Part shown: piece by piece, positions 1 through 10,104 of the stretch | How the letters are laid out: each line of letters begins with the position of its first letter | Numbering within the stretch: position 1 is the stretch's first letter | Source of the DNA: Octopus sinensis | Lineage: Eukaryota | Assembly: GCF_006345805.1 (NCBI RefSeq) | Contig: NW_021823561.1 | Coordinates: 1-22,913, forward strand | Reading direction: 5' to 3' | DNA length: 22,913 nucleotides | The notes under the pieces: model-generated | Told to the model about the DNA's origin: nothing | What the model saw: the letters and a program-made list of their open reading frames with translations, nothing else | Databases searched by the model: none | Made by a program: the position numbers and the translations under genes

Positions 1-512
1 TGTGAAGACGTGTTGAGGCAAGTGAGGATCAGAATCGAAATCGATCAATGGAAATTGCAGATGTGCTACCAGTGCCGGTGGCATGTCGAAACTCTGCTTG
101 TGAAGACCCATTGAGGCAAGTGAGGATCAGAATCGAAATCGATCAATGGAAATTGCAGATGTGTTACCAGTGCCGGTGGCATGTAAGAGAACTTTCCGTT
201 TCGCGACCGTTGCCTGCACCGCCCCGTTTCGTGTCCGTTGCCAGCCTCGCCTGGCCTCGTGCCGGTGGCACATAAAAAGCACCATCCGTTCGTGGCCGTT
301 TGCCAGCTCTGTCTGGCACCAGTGCGGGTGGCACGTAAAAAGCACCCACTACACTCACGGAGTGGTTGGCGTTAGGAAGGGCATCCAGCCGTAGAAACAC
401 TGCCAGATTTGACTGGGCCTGATGAAGCCTTCTGGCTTCACAGACCCCAGTAGAACCGTCCAACCCATGCTAGCATGGAAAACGGACGCTAAATGATGAT
501 GATGATGATGAT
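1..512 (+). mobile_element. 3' end (3' UTR) of an RTE-like non-LTR retrotransposon, 5'-truncated, with (GAT)n tail
   Basis: Subrepeats containing gtgccggtggcac, core ggttggcgttaggaagggcatccagc, palindrome ccatgctagcatgg (465-478), then aacggacgctaaa and (GAT)n to 512. Homologous to the copies at 4751, 10105, 15466 and 16083. RTE clade assignment is from family recognition. Confidence 0.75.
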
Positions 513-572
513 TATACAGTAATAGATAGCAATATTCTGCTGGTCATAAGATGTGTTTGAGTGTTATGCTTA

Positions 573-586
573 ACTAGGGAAAGAAA
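573..586 (-). CDS. Candidate alternative terminal coding exon start, encodes (I)SFPS* (coding part 586-570)
   Basis: Acceptor atttgacacttcag, then tt tct ttc cct agt taa. Phase-1 compatible with the 1219 donor. Paralogous to 873-889. Confidence 0.2.
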
Positions 587-872
587 CTGAAGTGTCAAAT
601 AAATTCTTTAGTGACAAACTTGATCTGTTGCCTGGGTTAACACCATCACCTGGTCCTTAGGTGCTTTTAGTGAAACCCACTACGTTGCAAGTATTTACAC
701 AAAGCATCTAAAGATATCTTATTCCCCCCCCCTTCCATTAGTTTGTAGGCCTGAGTAAAGAGTCTATGATTAGTCTAAACACTTCAAGGAAGTGCTCCAA
801 CATGGCCGCTGTTGAAACAAATAGAGATTGAAAAAAAATAAAAAGATAAAGTGCATTATGCTTTAAACTACC

Positions 873-889
873 TTAACTAGGAAATGAAA
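873..889 (-). CDS. Candidate terminal coding exon, encodes (I)SFPS*
   Basis: Acceptor gattatgtctttcag, then tt tca ttt cct agt taa. Phase-1 compatible with the 1219 donor. Confidence 0.25.
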
Positions 890-1218
890 CTGAAAGACAT
901 AATCAACATTATGAATCAACAATGTTATGAAGATTTATAAGTTTATATATCAAGATAGAAATATTGATAGAAGTCAATTCAGCAAAAATCAAAACTTATT
1001 TACTAAGTTTTGTTTATAACACAGCACTATAAGCAGCTGTGGTATTTAAACAAATGTTAACTAGGTTTAATTAACTGTACTAAAATAGGATCATAAATGT
1101 TTCAGTCCTTTCTAGAAACCATCAAGATATTATTAAGTGATATTGAGCCAAGGAGAAAGCCTATTCCATTGTAACTTGCTGAACATAGCAGCCATATCTC
1201 CTTCAAATGATAGCTTAC

Positions 1219-1265
1219 TGTCTGAGAAGAAGAAAAGAGCAAATGACATAACTTGGTCTAGGACA
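1219..1265 (-). CDS. Candidate exon D of unidentified host gene, (Y)VLDQVMSFALFFFSD
   Basis: Strong acceptor ttttatttatatatttcttcaaacag and donor a|gtaagc. 47 nt, phase 2 to 1. If the donor is skipped the frame reads on to TAA at 1133. Confidence 0.35.
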
Positions 1266-1396
1266 CTGTTTGAAGAAATATATAAATAAAAGGCAGGCAC
1301 GAACCTGGCTGGCTGGTTATGAAGTTTACTTCTCAACTACAAGATTTGAGGCTCCATCTCAGTGTGGAACACCACCACACACCTCCGTCCCCATAT

Positions 1397-1630
1397 ATAT
1401 TTCTTTACTGCCCACAAGGGGCTAAACATGGAGGGGACAAAGAAGGACAGACAAAGGGATTAAGTCGATTACATCGACCCCAGTGCGTAACTGGTACTTT
1501 ATTTATTGACCCCGAAAGGATGAAAGGCAAAATCGACCTCGGCGGAATTTGAACTTAGAACGTAACGACGGATGAAATACCACTAAGCATTTCACCCGGC
1601 GCGCTAACGTTTCTGCCAGCTCGCCGCCTT
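1397..1630 (-). mobile_element. tRNA-derived SINE, family 1 (Meta-domain-like body; octopus OR-type)
   Basis: Minus strand reads aaggcggcgagctggcagaaacgttagc (A-box-like), gttcaaattcc (B box), ttgcctttcatcctttcggggtc...agtaccagtt (Meta-like), tail ...gtgggcagtaaagaaata. Confidence 0.85.
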
Positions 1631-1945
1631 TTCTCCATCCCCATATAACTACCATTCCTACCTTTATTTCGATCACCTTCCCCTCCTTCCCACCAAATGC
1701 ACAGAGAAATAGCCACATAACTCGCTTGACCTTCATACTGGTAAAAGGGGAAAAACATCCATCTGTGGTACATCCACTAATGTTATATCCCATGAAGAAA
1801 TGAATCCATGATTATGATCAACCTGATGCCCACAGATACAACAGACTACACTGTAATCATCCCAGGAATATGGACTGTGATCTTAAGAGTCCTGTGATTT
1901 GAGAAAACGCATCTAGTAGTGCATTAAATGTTTATAAATTCCATC

Positions 1946-1951
1946 CTATTA

Positions 1952-1982
<31 letters not shown>
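1946..1982. repeat. (ATT)n microsatellite
   Basis: Visible tattattgttattattattattattattattattat run. Confidence 0.9.
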
Positions 1983-2038
1983 ATTCATCCTACATTATAT
2001 TGGTACAACTTGATACAACCCTGAAAAAACTGGCTCAC

Positions 2039-2126
2039 TACTCAGTATCATTAGAAGGTGACTGGCATAATTGAATAGGAGCTTTATTTGCATGTTCAAA
2101 ATGTTTGCAAATGAAAATGGAATACT
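2039..2126 (-). CDS. Candidate exon C, (K)YSIFICKHFEHANKAPIQLCQSPSNDTE
   Basis: Acceptor atttcttgcatccactgcag and donor ta|gtgagc. 88 nt, phase 1 to 2, stop-free, bridges exons B and D in frame. Confidence 0.3.
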
Positions 2127-2441
2127 CTGCAGTGGATGCAAGAAATATTTAAATTTGTGAAAAATTAGAGTTCAAAAATTCAAAAAAGTTCAGAAATGAA
2201 AATTATAGGAAATTTATAGGAACATGAATTTATAAAAAAATTTCCAGACAGTCAAGCCCTTAAATAATTGCTTTCTTTTAATACTTTTAGTAACTGTTAC
2301 ATAATTAATAAGTAGCTTTCTCCATTGTAATATATATTTCTTGAGTGCACAAGAGTTGAAGTTTTGAAGTCCCTTCATAATCTCTCCTGCCAAATGGTTG
2401 ACTGGCAGAGAAATGTTAAACTGAAATACTTGGGCACTTAC

Positions 2442-2602
2442 TGAAGGACTTCTGAAACCTATCCGAGTCTCTCTTGAGTCTCAAAAGATTAATTTTTCTG
2501 GTAACATTTACATCTACTGTAAACAATGTATCTTCTAACTCAGTGAGTTCATTATTTTCAAGATGGGAAGACCAGTGGAAAATAAAAAAAAATATACCAT
2601 AT
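2442..2602 (-). CDS. Candidate exon B, (R)YGIFFFIFHWSSHLENNELTELEDTLFTVDVNVTRKINLLRLKRDSDRFQKSF
   Basis: 53 stop-free codons ending at a canonical donor a|gtaagt. Acceptor ctactgtgtcttggcag is moderate and is the only nearby AG that keeps frame with exon A. 161 nt, phase 2 to 1. Confidence 0.45.
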
Positions 2603-2660
2603 CTGCCAAGACACAGTAGCCTAGGGTAGTTTTTCTACATGGTCGACTCCTCAATCATCT

Positions 2661-2706
2661 AACACATGCATGCATGGAATATGGATGTTAAACGATGATG
2701 ATGATG
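2661..2706 (+). mobile_element. Tiny 3'-terminal remnant of the RTE-like element
   Basis: catgcatgcatggaatatggatgttaaacgatgatgatgatg matches the family's 3' end and tail. Confidence 0.6.
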
Positions 2707-2935
2707 TGAAAGCAGTTAAGGGTTGGTGACCACAAGAGCATCTAGTTGTAGAATATTGCCTCAATGAGTCATATCCAATTCATACCAGTAAGGCAAAAGT
2801 GAAAGTAAAAATGAAGACAGCAATAATGATGAAAATGATGATGATAGCCATAACTATAATATCTTTGATTACAGATCTGCTTAGTCAGTGATTGGTCTGG
2901 GGCTATACAACAACAACAACTGAAATACTACTTAC

Positions 2936-3091
2936 CGTTTCTTTGGCAATACATTAGCCAGCTTGAGGTTTGATTCTACTAAGTTTGGTTCATCTTTCTT
3001 GGGTTTCACCAAATTATAGAGAATGTTCTGATTCCTCTGAAGTTCAGATACTTTAGCCACTACAAGGCCTATAGAGCTGCCATGTTGGTGA
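2936..3091 (-). CDS. Candidate internal exon A, HQHGSSIGLVVAKVSELQRNQNILYNLVKPKKDEPNLVESNLKLANVLPKK(R); product unknown
   Basis: Very strong acceptor ttttttttttcccttgctag and donor cg|gtaagt. 156 nt, phase 2-2, exactly one open frame, non-repetitive sequence. Confidence 0.6.
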
Positions 3092-3375
3092 CTAGCAAGG
3101 GAAAAAAAAAAGAATCAAAATGTTACAAATATTAGTGGGTTTGTTTAAACATTTTAAAATTGTTGCAACCATAATTAATATAATGATTCCAAAAAAACAA
3201 ATATCTCCATAAAGGCCCATGTATAATATCCAATCATATATAGCACACACATCTTGATTTTGGGACCAAAATTGTCTTAAAATCCTATAATAACTTGCAC
3301 TTTTCACTGCTGTTATAAGATTAGTTAATCTACTATAATCCAATATATTAGTTTTTAATATTTCATTTTATATTT

Positions 3376-3572
3376 AAGGCAGCAAGATGGCAGAATTGTG
3401 AGCAAAAATGCTTAGTGGTATTTTGTCCATCTTTACGTCAGAGGTTCAAATTCCGCCACAGTCAACCCTTTTGGGATTGATAAAATGAGTACCAGTTGTG
3501 CACTGGAGTCAACAATGGACTTATCCCCTCCCCCGAAATTGCTGGCCTTGTGTCATAAGTTAAAACCAATAT
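3376..3572 (+). mobile_element. tRNA-derived SINE family 1, diverged
   Basis: aaggcagcaagatggcagaatt...aaatgcttagtggtattt...ggttcaaattccgcc...gataaaatgagtaccagtt, homologous to 1397-1630. Confidence 0.75.
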
Positions 3573-3621
3573 TTCATTTCATGTAAAATATATTAATATA
3601 TTTATGATATAATAATAATAA

Positions 3622-3836
3622 TCTTTTCTATTAAAGGCACAAGGCCTGAAATTTGTTCGGAGGGACTAGTCGATCACATCGACCCCCATGGTTACACTGG
3701 TATTTAATTTATCAAACCTGAAAGGATGAAAGGTAAAGTCAACCTTGGCAGAATTTGAACTCAGAACATAGAGGTAGATGAAATACTATTAAGCATTTTG
3801 CCAGGCATGCTAATGATTCTGCCAGCTCACTGCCTT
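3622..3836 (-). mobile_element. tRNA-derived SINE family 1
   Basis: + strand gtcgatcacatcgacc...gaaaggatgaaaggtaaagtcaacc...aatttgaactcagaac...ctgccagctcactgcctt is the reverse complement of the family body and head. Confidence 0.8.
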
Positions 3837-3837
3837 G

Positions 3838-3940
3838 ATGATAATAATAACAAAATAATGATGATGATAACAATGATAATAATAATAATAAAATACACAC
3901 ACACACACACACACATACATACATATATATACATACACAC
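3838..3940. repeat. Compound (AAT/GAT)n + (CA)n/(TA)n microsatellite
   Basis: Directly visible. Confidence 0.85.
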
Positions 3941-3994
3941 GAGCAAAAGCCCCCCCCATCCAATGGATGGTGCTGAATTGTCAAACATTTAAAC

Positions 3995-4054
3995 CAAATT
4001 TTCTCAAAACAACTTGTCCGACTGTCCCATAGGCCTCCCCTTTGAGAAACACTG
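3995..4054. mobile_element. 60-bp hAT (Charlie-like) MITE remnant
   Basis: Left end caaattttctcaaa vs reverse complement of right end cagtgtttctcaaa (11/14). Flanking 8-mers atttaaac and atttaacc (7/8) fit a hAT 8-bp TSD. Confidence 0.55.
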
Positions 4055-4331
4055 ATTTAACCTAAATTTGAGACACCAGCAAAAGAAGAAATAAAGATAG
4101 ACTTTTTCTATTCCAAAGAAAAACGATTTTATTTACACAAATATGCAACCGAAGAGTTTAAAATACCAGTAATGATAAGGCTGTTGACAAGGAGAACACA
4201 AACATGGTTTAAACAGTGAGCTTGGCAGGAAAGAAATATGCCTTTAAGCAGTACAAAAACAACAAAAAATGGAGGGTGCAGTTGACGGAAGAAAAGCAGG
4301 ACAAAAACGGCTTTATTGATCACATTCTCAC

Positions 4332-4450
4332 CTGGAATCGATTTTTGTAATTTTTATCTACATATCAAATTTGAGCGCAATCGGATGGAGAATGCCCGAG
4401 ATCTGAGAAGACACACATACAGACAGACAAAACAGATTTTATATAATAGA
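4332..4450 (-). mobile_element. Probable 5' fragment of a non-autonomous Helitron
   Basis: Minus strand starts a|tctattatataaaatctg, then gtctgtctgtatgtgtgt and ccgattgcgctcaaatttg, a pattern typical of Helitron 5' ends. No 3' CTAG/hairpin found. Confidence 0.4.
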
Positions 4451-4456
4451 TATTTC

Positions 4457-4640
4457 TTTTCTTTGTTTCAGTCATTTGACTGCGGCCATGCTGGAGCACC
4501 ACCTTAAAGATTTTTGTTTTTAGTTGAAGAAATCAAACCCAGGAATTATTCTTTGTAAGCCTAGTACATATTCTATCAGTCTCTTTTGCCAATCCACTAA
4601 GCTATGGGAACATATACACATCAACAACAGTTGCCAAGTT
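4457..4640 (-). mobile_element. 3' portion of tRNA-derived SINE family 2
   Basis: tttcagtcatttgactgcggccatgctggagcacc...attctttgtaagcctagtac... matches the tail of 17776-18243 and 21184-21599. Confidence 0.75.
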
Positions 4641-4750
4641 CCGGCCCTGTTATGTTGTGAGTCTGCCTGCAAGGACAGTGACATGAAGCTGCATTGGATG
4701 ACATCACTGATGAGGAGAGAGTAAACTTGTCGTATGGCAACTACTGGTCT

Positions 4751-5240
4751 TCATCATCATCATCATCGTTTAACGTCCGCTTTCCATGCTAGCATGGGTT
4801 GGACCGTTTGACCAGGGTCTGGGAAGCCAGGAGGCTGCACCAGTCTGATCTGGGAGTGTTTCTACAGCTGGATGCCCTTTCTAATGCCAACCGCTCCGAG
4901 AATGTAGTGGGTGCTTTTTACGTGCCACCGGCACAGGTGCTAGGTGAGGCTGGCAACAGCCACGATCGGTTGGTGCTTTTTATGTGCCACCGGCACAGCG
5001 GCCAGTTGAGGCGGCACAGGCAACGGCCATGTTCGGATGGTTCTTTTATGTGCCACCGGCACAGGTATCACAACTACAATTTTCATTGATTTTTGATTGA
5101 TTTCGATTTCACTTGCCTCAACAGGCCTTCGCAAGCAGAGTTTTGTGTCCCAAGAAGGAAAGGTATGTATAAGTGGACTGGCTACCCCAGGTAAAGGCCA
5201 TGGGTTATGGTCTCACTTGTCCTGCCAGGTCTTCTCACAC
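4751..5240 (-). mobile_element. RTE-like LINE 3' end including the last ORF codons, 3' UTR minisatellite and (GAT)n tail
   Basis: (CAT)n at 4751-4767, palindrome at 4784-4797, core, four gtgccaccggcac subrepeats. Minus-strand 5' end reads ...gag aag acc tgg cag gac aag tga (EKTWQDK*), interpreted as the ORF terminus. Confidence 0.8.
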
Positions 5241-5394
5241 AAAAAAAAAATCTCCTTTCCAGAAGCAAAAGCATAATTAAACCAGAGTGACAGAGGCCCT
5301 AGAGGTACACCATGCCTGAAAAAAAGTTGAGTTGGTCATGGTTAGAAAGCCTATGCCCAATGTTTTATTCAATTAGGAGTGACATACAATGAAA

Positions 5395-5590
5395 CAACAT
5401 TCATCCTCATCATTGATTTTACATCCACTTTTCCATGCTGGCATGGATTGGATAAAAGTTTGTTCAAACAGGTCCCTCTATGGCCAGATGCCCTTCCTGT
5501 TGCCAATCATCACCTGTTTCCAAGTAAGGGAATATTTCCTCATGACCAAACATGTTTCCATGGAAGACGTGGTATGAAAGAGACTGCTTG
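5395..5590 (-). mobile_element. Older, diverged relative of the (GAT)n-tailed element
   Basis: catcctcatcatt...catccactttttccatgctggcatggattgga...ccagatgcccttcctgttgccaa shares the 3' end and core. Confidence 0.55.
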
Positions 5591-5814
5591 CATGATGGTG
5601 ACATTCATTTACAAACATCATGTCAAGGCAAGAAGACACACACACACGCAGGCAAATTCTCTATGGCTACGTACCCTTCCTCTATCTAACCTTCAACTGT
5701 TTCCAAGCAAGGTAATATTTACCAAGGCCAGTCATATTTTCTATGCTTGTAGCAATGATAGCAAAATTCATTTACAACCATCATGTTGTGCTAAGACATG
5801 AACACACACATTCA

Positions 5815-5975
5815 TATATGATGGGTTTCATTCAGTTTCCAGCTGCCAATTTCACTCATAAGACCCAGGGCTATAGTAGAAGACATTTGTCCAAGATGCT
5901 GTGCTACGGTGCTAAGCCTGGGGCCACATGGTTGGGAAGCAAGCTTCTCAATTACACAACCATGCATATGCTTGC
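5815..5975 (-). mobile_element. Decayed 5' part of SINE family 2
   Basis: ggctatagtagaagacatttgtccaag...ccacatggttgggaagcaagcttctca matches family 2 head and CORE-like region. Confidence 0.65.
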
Positions 5976-7039
5976 ACCTGGTTACTTTTTTCCAGATATA
6001 ATATATCCCCGCTTTCTTCCTTTTACTTCTGCTTCCACAGTAGCCTCTGCTCTTTGGAGTTGGTCGGCTGGCTGGCCTTGTACCACCTTCACAAACATAC
6101 ACCCGCCTCACTCATCTCTCCTTTTTTAATTCACCCATACTGTGTTTATGCACACCTTGCGGTAACTGCTACACCTGGTTCTTTCTCTCTCAAACTTTCC
6201 TTCTGGAATTTCCTCTCTGCATGTTTTTACCTGCAATTTTTGAAAATGAACTTTAACTATGTTGATTTCATTGGTCTTGGATGGCCTGCAAAAGCTATGG
6301 GCACATTCACCTTTCTCAAAACCCTAACCCTACCCCGCCAAAAGTCAAACGAAACAAAAAACATTCCAAAGCAAACAGGCCTCATTCTTTTTTTTTTTGA
6401 AGATAAAGTGAACTGTGAGTTATGGAATATTCTGTTGCTATTTCTAGCAGTCCAGGCAACCACATAGAAGCTGTTGTTGTTATTGTGGTGGTGGTGTGGT
6501 GTGTGACAGTCACATCCTTTACTGTCCATTGCAATTAGCTAATATTTTGGTTGTTTATTCATTATGTTGACTGTAGGAAGGACAAACTGAATATCAGACT
6601 GTGTTTACATGTATATTGACTGTATGAGGGAGTAGGGAGTAGAGTGTGCAGGGGGAGTGAAACTAGACTGGCAGGTAAGCAATTAGTAGAAATTACTTAG
6701 CAGGGGAGGAGGAGTGTAATATAGTAATTAGTAATGAAGACGAGGTGACAGTGACCAGCACACAGTGTCAGATAACAATGGCCAGTAGGCAATTAAAACA
6801 AGTGGACTTGCAAAGATAAAGACTGGATGGATAGTGGGTTAATAGATTGTTGTTGTTGGTGGTGGTGGTGTCAATGGTATTTAACGCCAGGTCAGGTGAT
6901 CAAGCACGCCAATCTTTTATCCTTTACTAATCACTGGACTGTGGCCATGCAGGGATCCCATATAAATGCACGCACATACACAAATATATACGTACACGCA
7001 ATGTTAACTGATGATGATAATGACACAAACCACTGTCAC

Positions 7040-7170
7040 CTAGTGTTTAAGGTTTTGGGCTCGCAATCATAAGGTTGGCATGTTCAATTCCAAGCCCTTG
7101 TGCCCGTGAGCAAAGCACATCATTTCACAGTGCTTCAGACTACCCAGCTAAATGTGACCACCAGCCAACC
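7040..7170 (+). mobile_element. Decayed CORE-like tRNA SINE
   Basis: gttcaattcc B box, followed by ttgtgcccgtgagcaaagcacatcatttcacagtgcttcagactacccagct (CORE-like). Confidence 0.45.
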
Positions 7171-7719
7171 GCTGGTGCAGCCCTTTCTCCCTTCAGTTGT
7201 CATATCTTTGATGTTCCACAGGGTCAAGTCTGTACCTATGTCTGATTGTGATTACATAGGCACCTGAAGCATTTAGCAAAAGCATGGTATATGCCACTAG
7301 TTTATATACATTTGCAAGTAACAGCTAAGCTATACCATCAGATACACTTATGCATCTACATACATGCATATATGCATACACAGAGTCATATGATTACTTG
7401 AACTGCTAAAAACAGCAGCAAAATGTATCATCCTTAAATCATTCCATAAGTACATGTTGGATAATGTGGACTCAGGTTCATTGCAGATAGTGAAAAGACA
7501 GGATGGGCATGCCTGGAATACTCTTGAGTGTAAATTTCTTCAGTCAGAGTTGACCTTTAAGATAAGCAACAATGACACAAGAGAACTTCAGTTGCTAGAA
7601 ATGGCAGGCAAATATCCTAAAACCACACCCTACAGTCTTAAAATAGTATTAGCATATTAGACAATCTAGTCCCAGATGTCTTTGATCATGAATTTGCTTG
7701 ATCTACAGCTAAACAACAA

Positions 7720-7940
7720 TGTGCGCATGTACACACACACATACATCTATATATTTGTACACACACACGTGGTGTTTATCACACATACATATACATACAG
7801 GCATGAACATACATACACATATACAAGATACAGCACATGCACATTTACTGATAGAAAATATTGTTTCCCCTTTAACAAACACAGAAATCATTTATACATG
7901 TCGTACCTTGAAACACGCACACACACACACACACACACAG
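7720..7940. repeat. (CA)/(TA)-rich low-complexity tract with (CA)n at 7915-7938
   Basis: Directly visible. It explains the His/Thr-rich ORFs in the track. Confidence 0.8.
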
Positions 7941-8093
7941 ATATTGTTCCCAATGTAAATTTACACAAATTACACTTTATTGCTCCACCAAAGAACTAAT
8001 AAATATTTAGCATAATATAGTTTGCTTAGCATTCATGTACACAAGGTGTGCGTGTGTGTGCGTTTGTGTGTGCAGAACACACTGAAATATATA

Positions 8094-9322
8094 CAGGGGT
8101 TGGAAAAATAATGGAAACACCTAGCATCATAAATTTGAAATATCTATAAAACCATCAAAAGCTTGTTCATTTTTATGTTTTATGATCTATTATTAGTGTT
8201 GTTTAATGTTTTGCTAAAATTGCTGTTTCTTTTCAGATATCATCAGAAAAAGGTAACTAAAATTCATTAAAATGACAGATCTATCAGATTTTCAAAGAGG
8301 TCAAATTAGTGGTGCTCATACAGCAGGCGCTAGCGTAACGAAAACATACGAAAGGTTTTGTGTATCAAGAAGTACTGTCTTGAAAGTAATGACAGTCTTT
8401 GAGAAAGAGGGAAATATCTCTTCTTCAAAACAAAACTCTGGAAGAAAACCAAAACTTTCAGACGGGGACCGTCAGACTCTTACACGAATTGTTAGAAACG
8501 ATCACAAAAGTACAGCTCCCAGCAGAGCTTAATGACCACCTCAAGAACCCAGTTTCCACAAAAACTGTTTGCCAGGAGCTACTACACAAAGCCGGATTTC
8601 ACAGGAGGGCTGCAATCAGAAAACCATTACTTTCAAAAACAAACGTCACAAAGCATTTAGAGCGGAGTACAAACCTATAGAATTGGTCCCTAGAGTAGTG
8701 GAAGAATGTTATTTTCTTGGACAAGTCATCCTTTACCTTATTTCTGACCACCGGCTGAGTGAAGCATTTGACCTAGACTGCCTTATTCCAGCTGTTAAAC
8801 ATGGAGGAGGATCTGTGATGATCTGGGGAGGCTATATCTTGGAAATTTACCAGCCCAATGGTTTCCCTTCAATTAATAGTCAAGACTATTTAAGCATTTT
8901 ATCTGATCAAATTCATCCTATGGTTGCAGAACTGTTTCCGGAGGGAAAAGTAATCTTTCAGGATGATAATGCACCAATTCACACAGCTAAAGTTGTTACC
9001 AAATGGCATGAAGAGCATTCTAGTGAAGTTGAACATCTTATCTGGCCACCACAGTCCACATATCTCAATATTATTGAATATTTATGATGCATTTTAGAAA
9101 AACAAGTAAGGATTCGATATCCTCCACCATCATCACTACAAGAACTGGAGACTGTTTTAGCAGAAGAATGGACAAAAATTCCTTTGGAAACAATTTAAAC
9201 TTTGTACTAGTCCATACCTCATAGAATTCAAGGTGTAATTACTGCCAAAGATGGTCCTACCCCATATTAAAATAAATTTGCTTGAAATTTTAAGGTGTTT
9301 TCATTATTTTGTCCAGCCCCTG
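8094..9322 (+). mobile_element. Tc1/mariner DNA transposon, full length (1229 bp), inactive
   Basis: TIRs caggggttggaaaaataatggaaacacct and reverse complement of right end caggggctggacaaaataatgaaaacacct (~30 bp). TA TSD at 8092-93 and 9323-24. Confidence 0.95.
8272..9270 (+). pseudogene. Disrupted Tc1-type transposase with DD36E spacing
   Basis: MTDLSDFQRGQISGA HTH start, GRKPKL, VIFLDKSS (first D at 8720; WSDES-like), VKHGGGSVMIWG, FQDDNAPIH, WPPQSTYLNIIE, end GPTPY*. Frameshift near 8525, small deletion near 8755, several in-frame stops. Confidence 0.93.
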
Positions 9323-9949
9323 TATATCAAATGCACACATTCAGATACATATACAGCTAAAAGCTGCATCACTCACATTCTTCTATAGACACAGTGAAGT
9401 AAACACACTCATACCTTCTAATACCCACATGCACATCATACATTCATATACAAACTAATACATACACACAAACAACAGAACAAACTGAATGTGCAATAAT
9501 ATTTACTAATCTCACCAGGACTTATTCTTGGAATACAAAGAGGAGAGTATTCCAAAATAAAAAAAAAGAAACAATAATAAAATCTAAGCCAGCCTGCTAG
9601 CACAGAGTGGTTTGGCACATTAGCGTCCATCCTTCAAGTTCAGAAACCTGATTTCATATTGAGATGTTAACGAAGAACCGAGATTTTTCTTCATCAACAA
9701 CTGAGAAACAAAGCTGCAGCACCACAGTACATTACAGATGTATAAAAATGGTGTGTGCATGTGCTATGGTAAACGAGTTGATTCATTAGTGATAGATGAG
9801 GGGCTTACTAACTTTCGTTTATTCAACAATGAGCAAGCTCTTGTATATTCGTCACCCTGCTCTGTGCTGAAGCCACCAAAATCTGTTGTTATATTACATT
9901 TCCAAGTGCTGAAGCTTATAATCAGTGAGCTGCCACTCTGCAGTAGATG

Positions 9950-10085
9950 CAGCTTGTTTTCAATCGATTGACTGGAGCAAACATGAAATGAAGTGCCTTG
10001 CCCAAGGCCACACCACTCTATCCAGACCAAGAACTGAACTTGTGACCTTATGATATAAAGTGCTATAGCGTAATTGCTAGGCCAC
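9950..10085 (-). mobile_element. Decayed CORE-like tRNA SINE
   Basis: gactggagcaaacatgaaatgaagtgccttgcccaagg...gaactgaac is the reverse complement of a CORE-like ccttgggcaaggcactt segment and B box. Confidence 0.55.
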
Positions 10086-10104
10086 ATGCCTTCATCTTTG
10101 TATA

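Noticed and set aside
4900-5065. CRISPR-like look: a conserved gtgccaccggcac repeat with variable spacers (also 170-340, 10280-10558, 16250-16400)
   Set aside because: The spacers are homologous to each other, the array is embedded in a retrotransposon 3' UTR, the context is eukaryotic and there are no cas genes.
6320-6335. accctaaccctacccc telomere-like motif
   Set aside because: Only about two units, probably part of a repeat fragment. Not an interstitial telomere.
5928-6467. Longest ORF in the track (179 aa) and overlapping ORFs 5743-6129 and 5812-6111
   Set aside because: They begin inside a SINE, are pyrimidine-rich antisense-like sequence and show no motif. The purine-rich minus strand (e.g. 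FVKVVQGQPADQLQRAEATVEAEVKG) has stops in all frames and could not be assigned.
9648-9700. Minus-strand candidate exon LLMKKNLGSSLTSQYEI (phase 0 to 2), frame-compatible with exon A
   Set aside because: Strong acceptor but weak donor (cag|gtttct). Such pseudo-exons are common in AT-rich DNA. Mentioned only as a possible extension.
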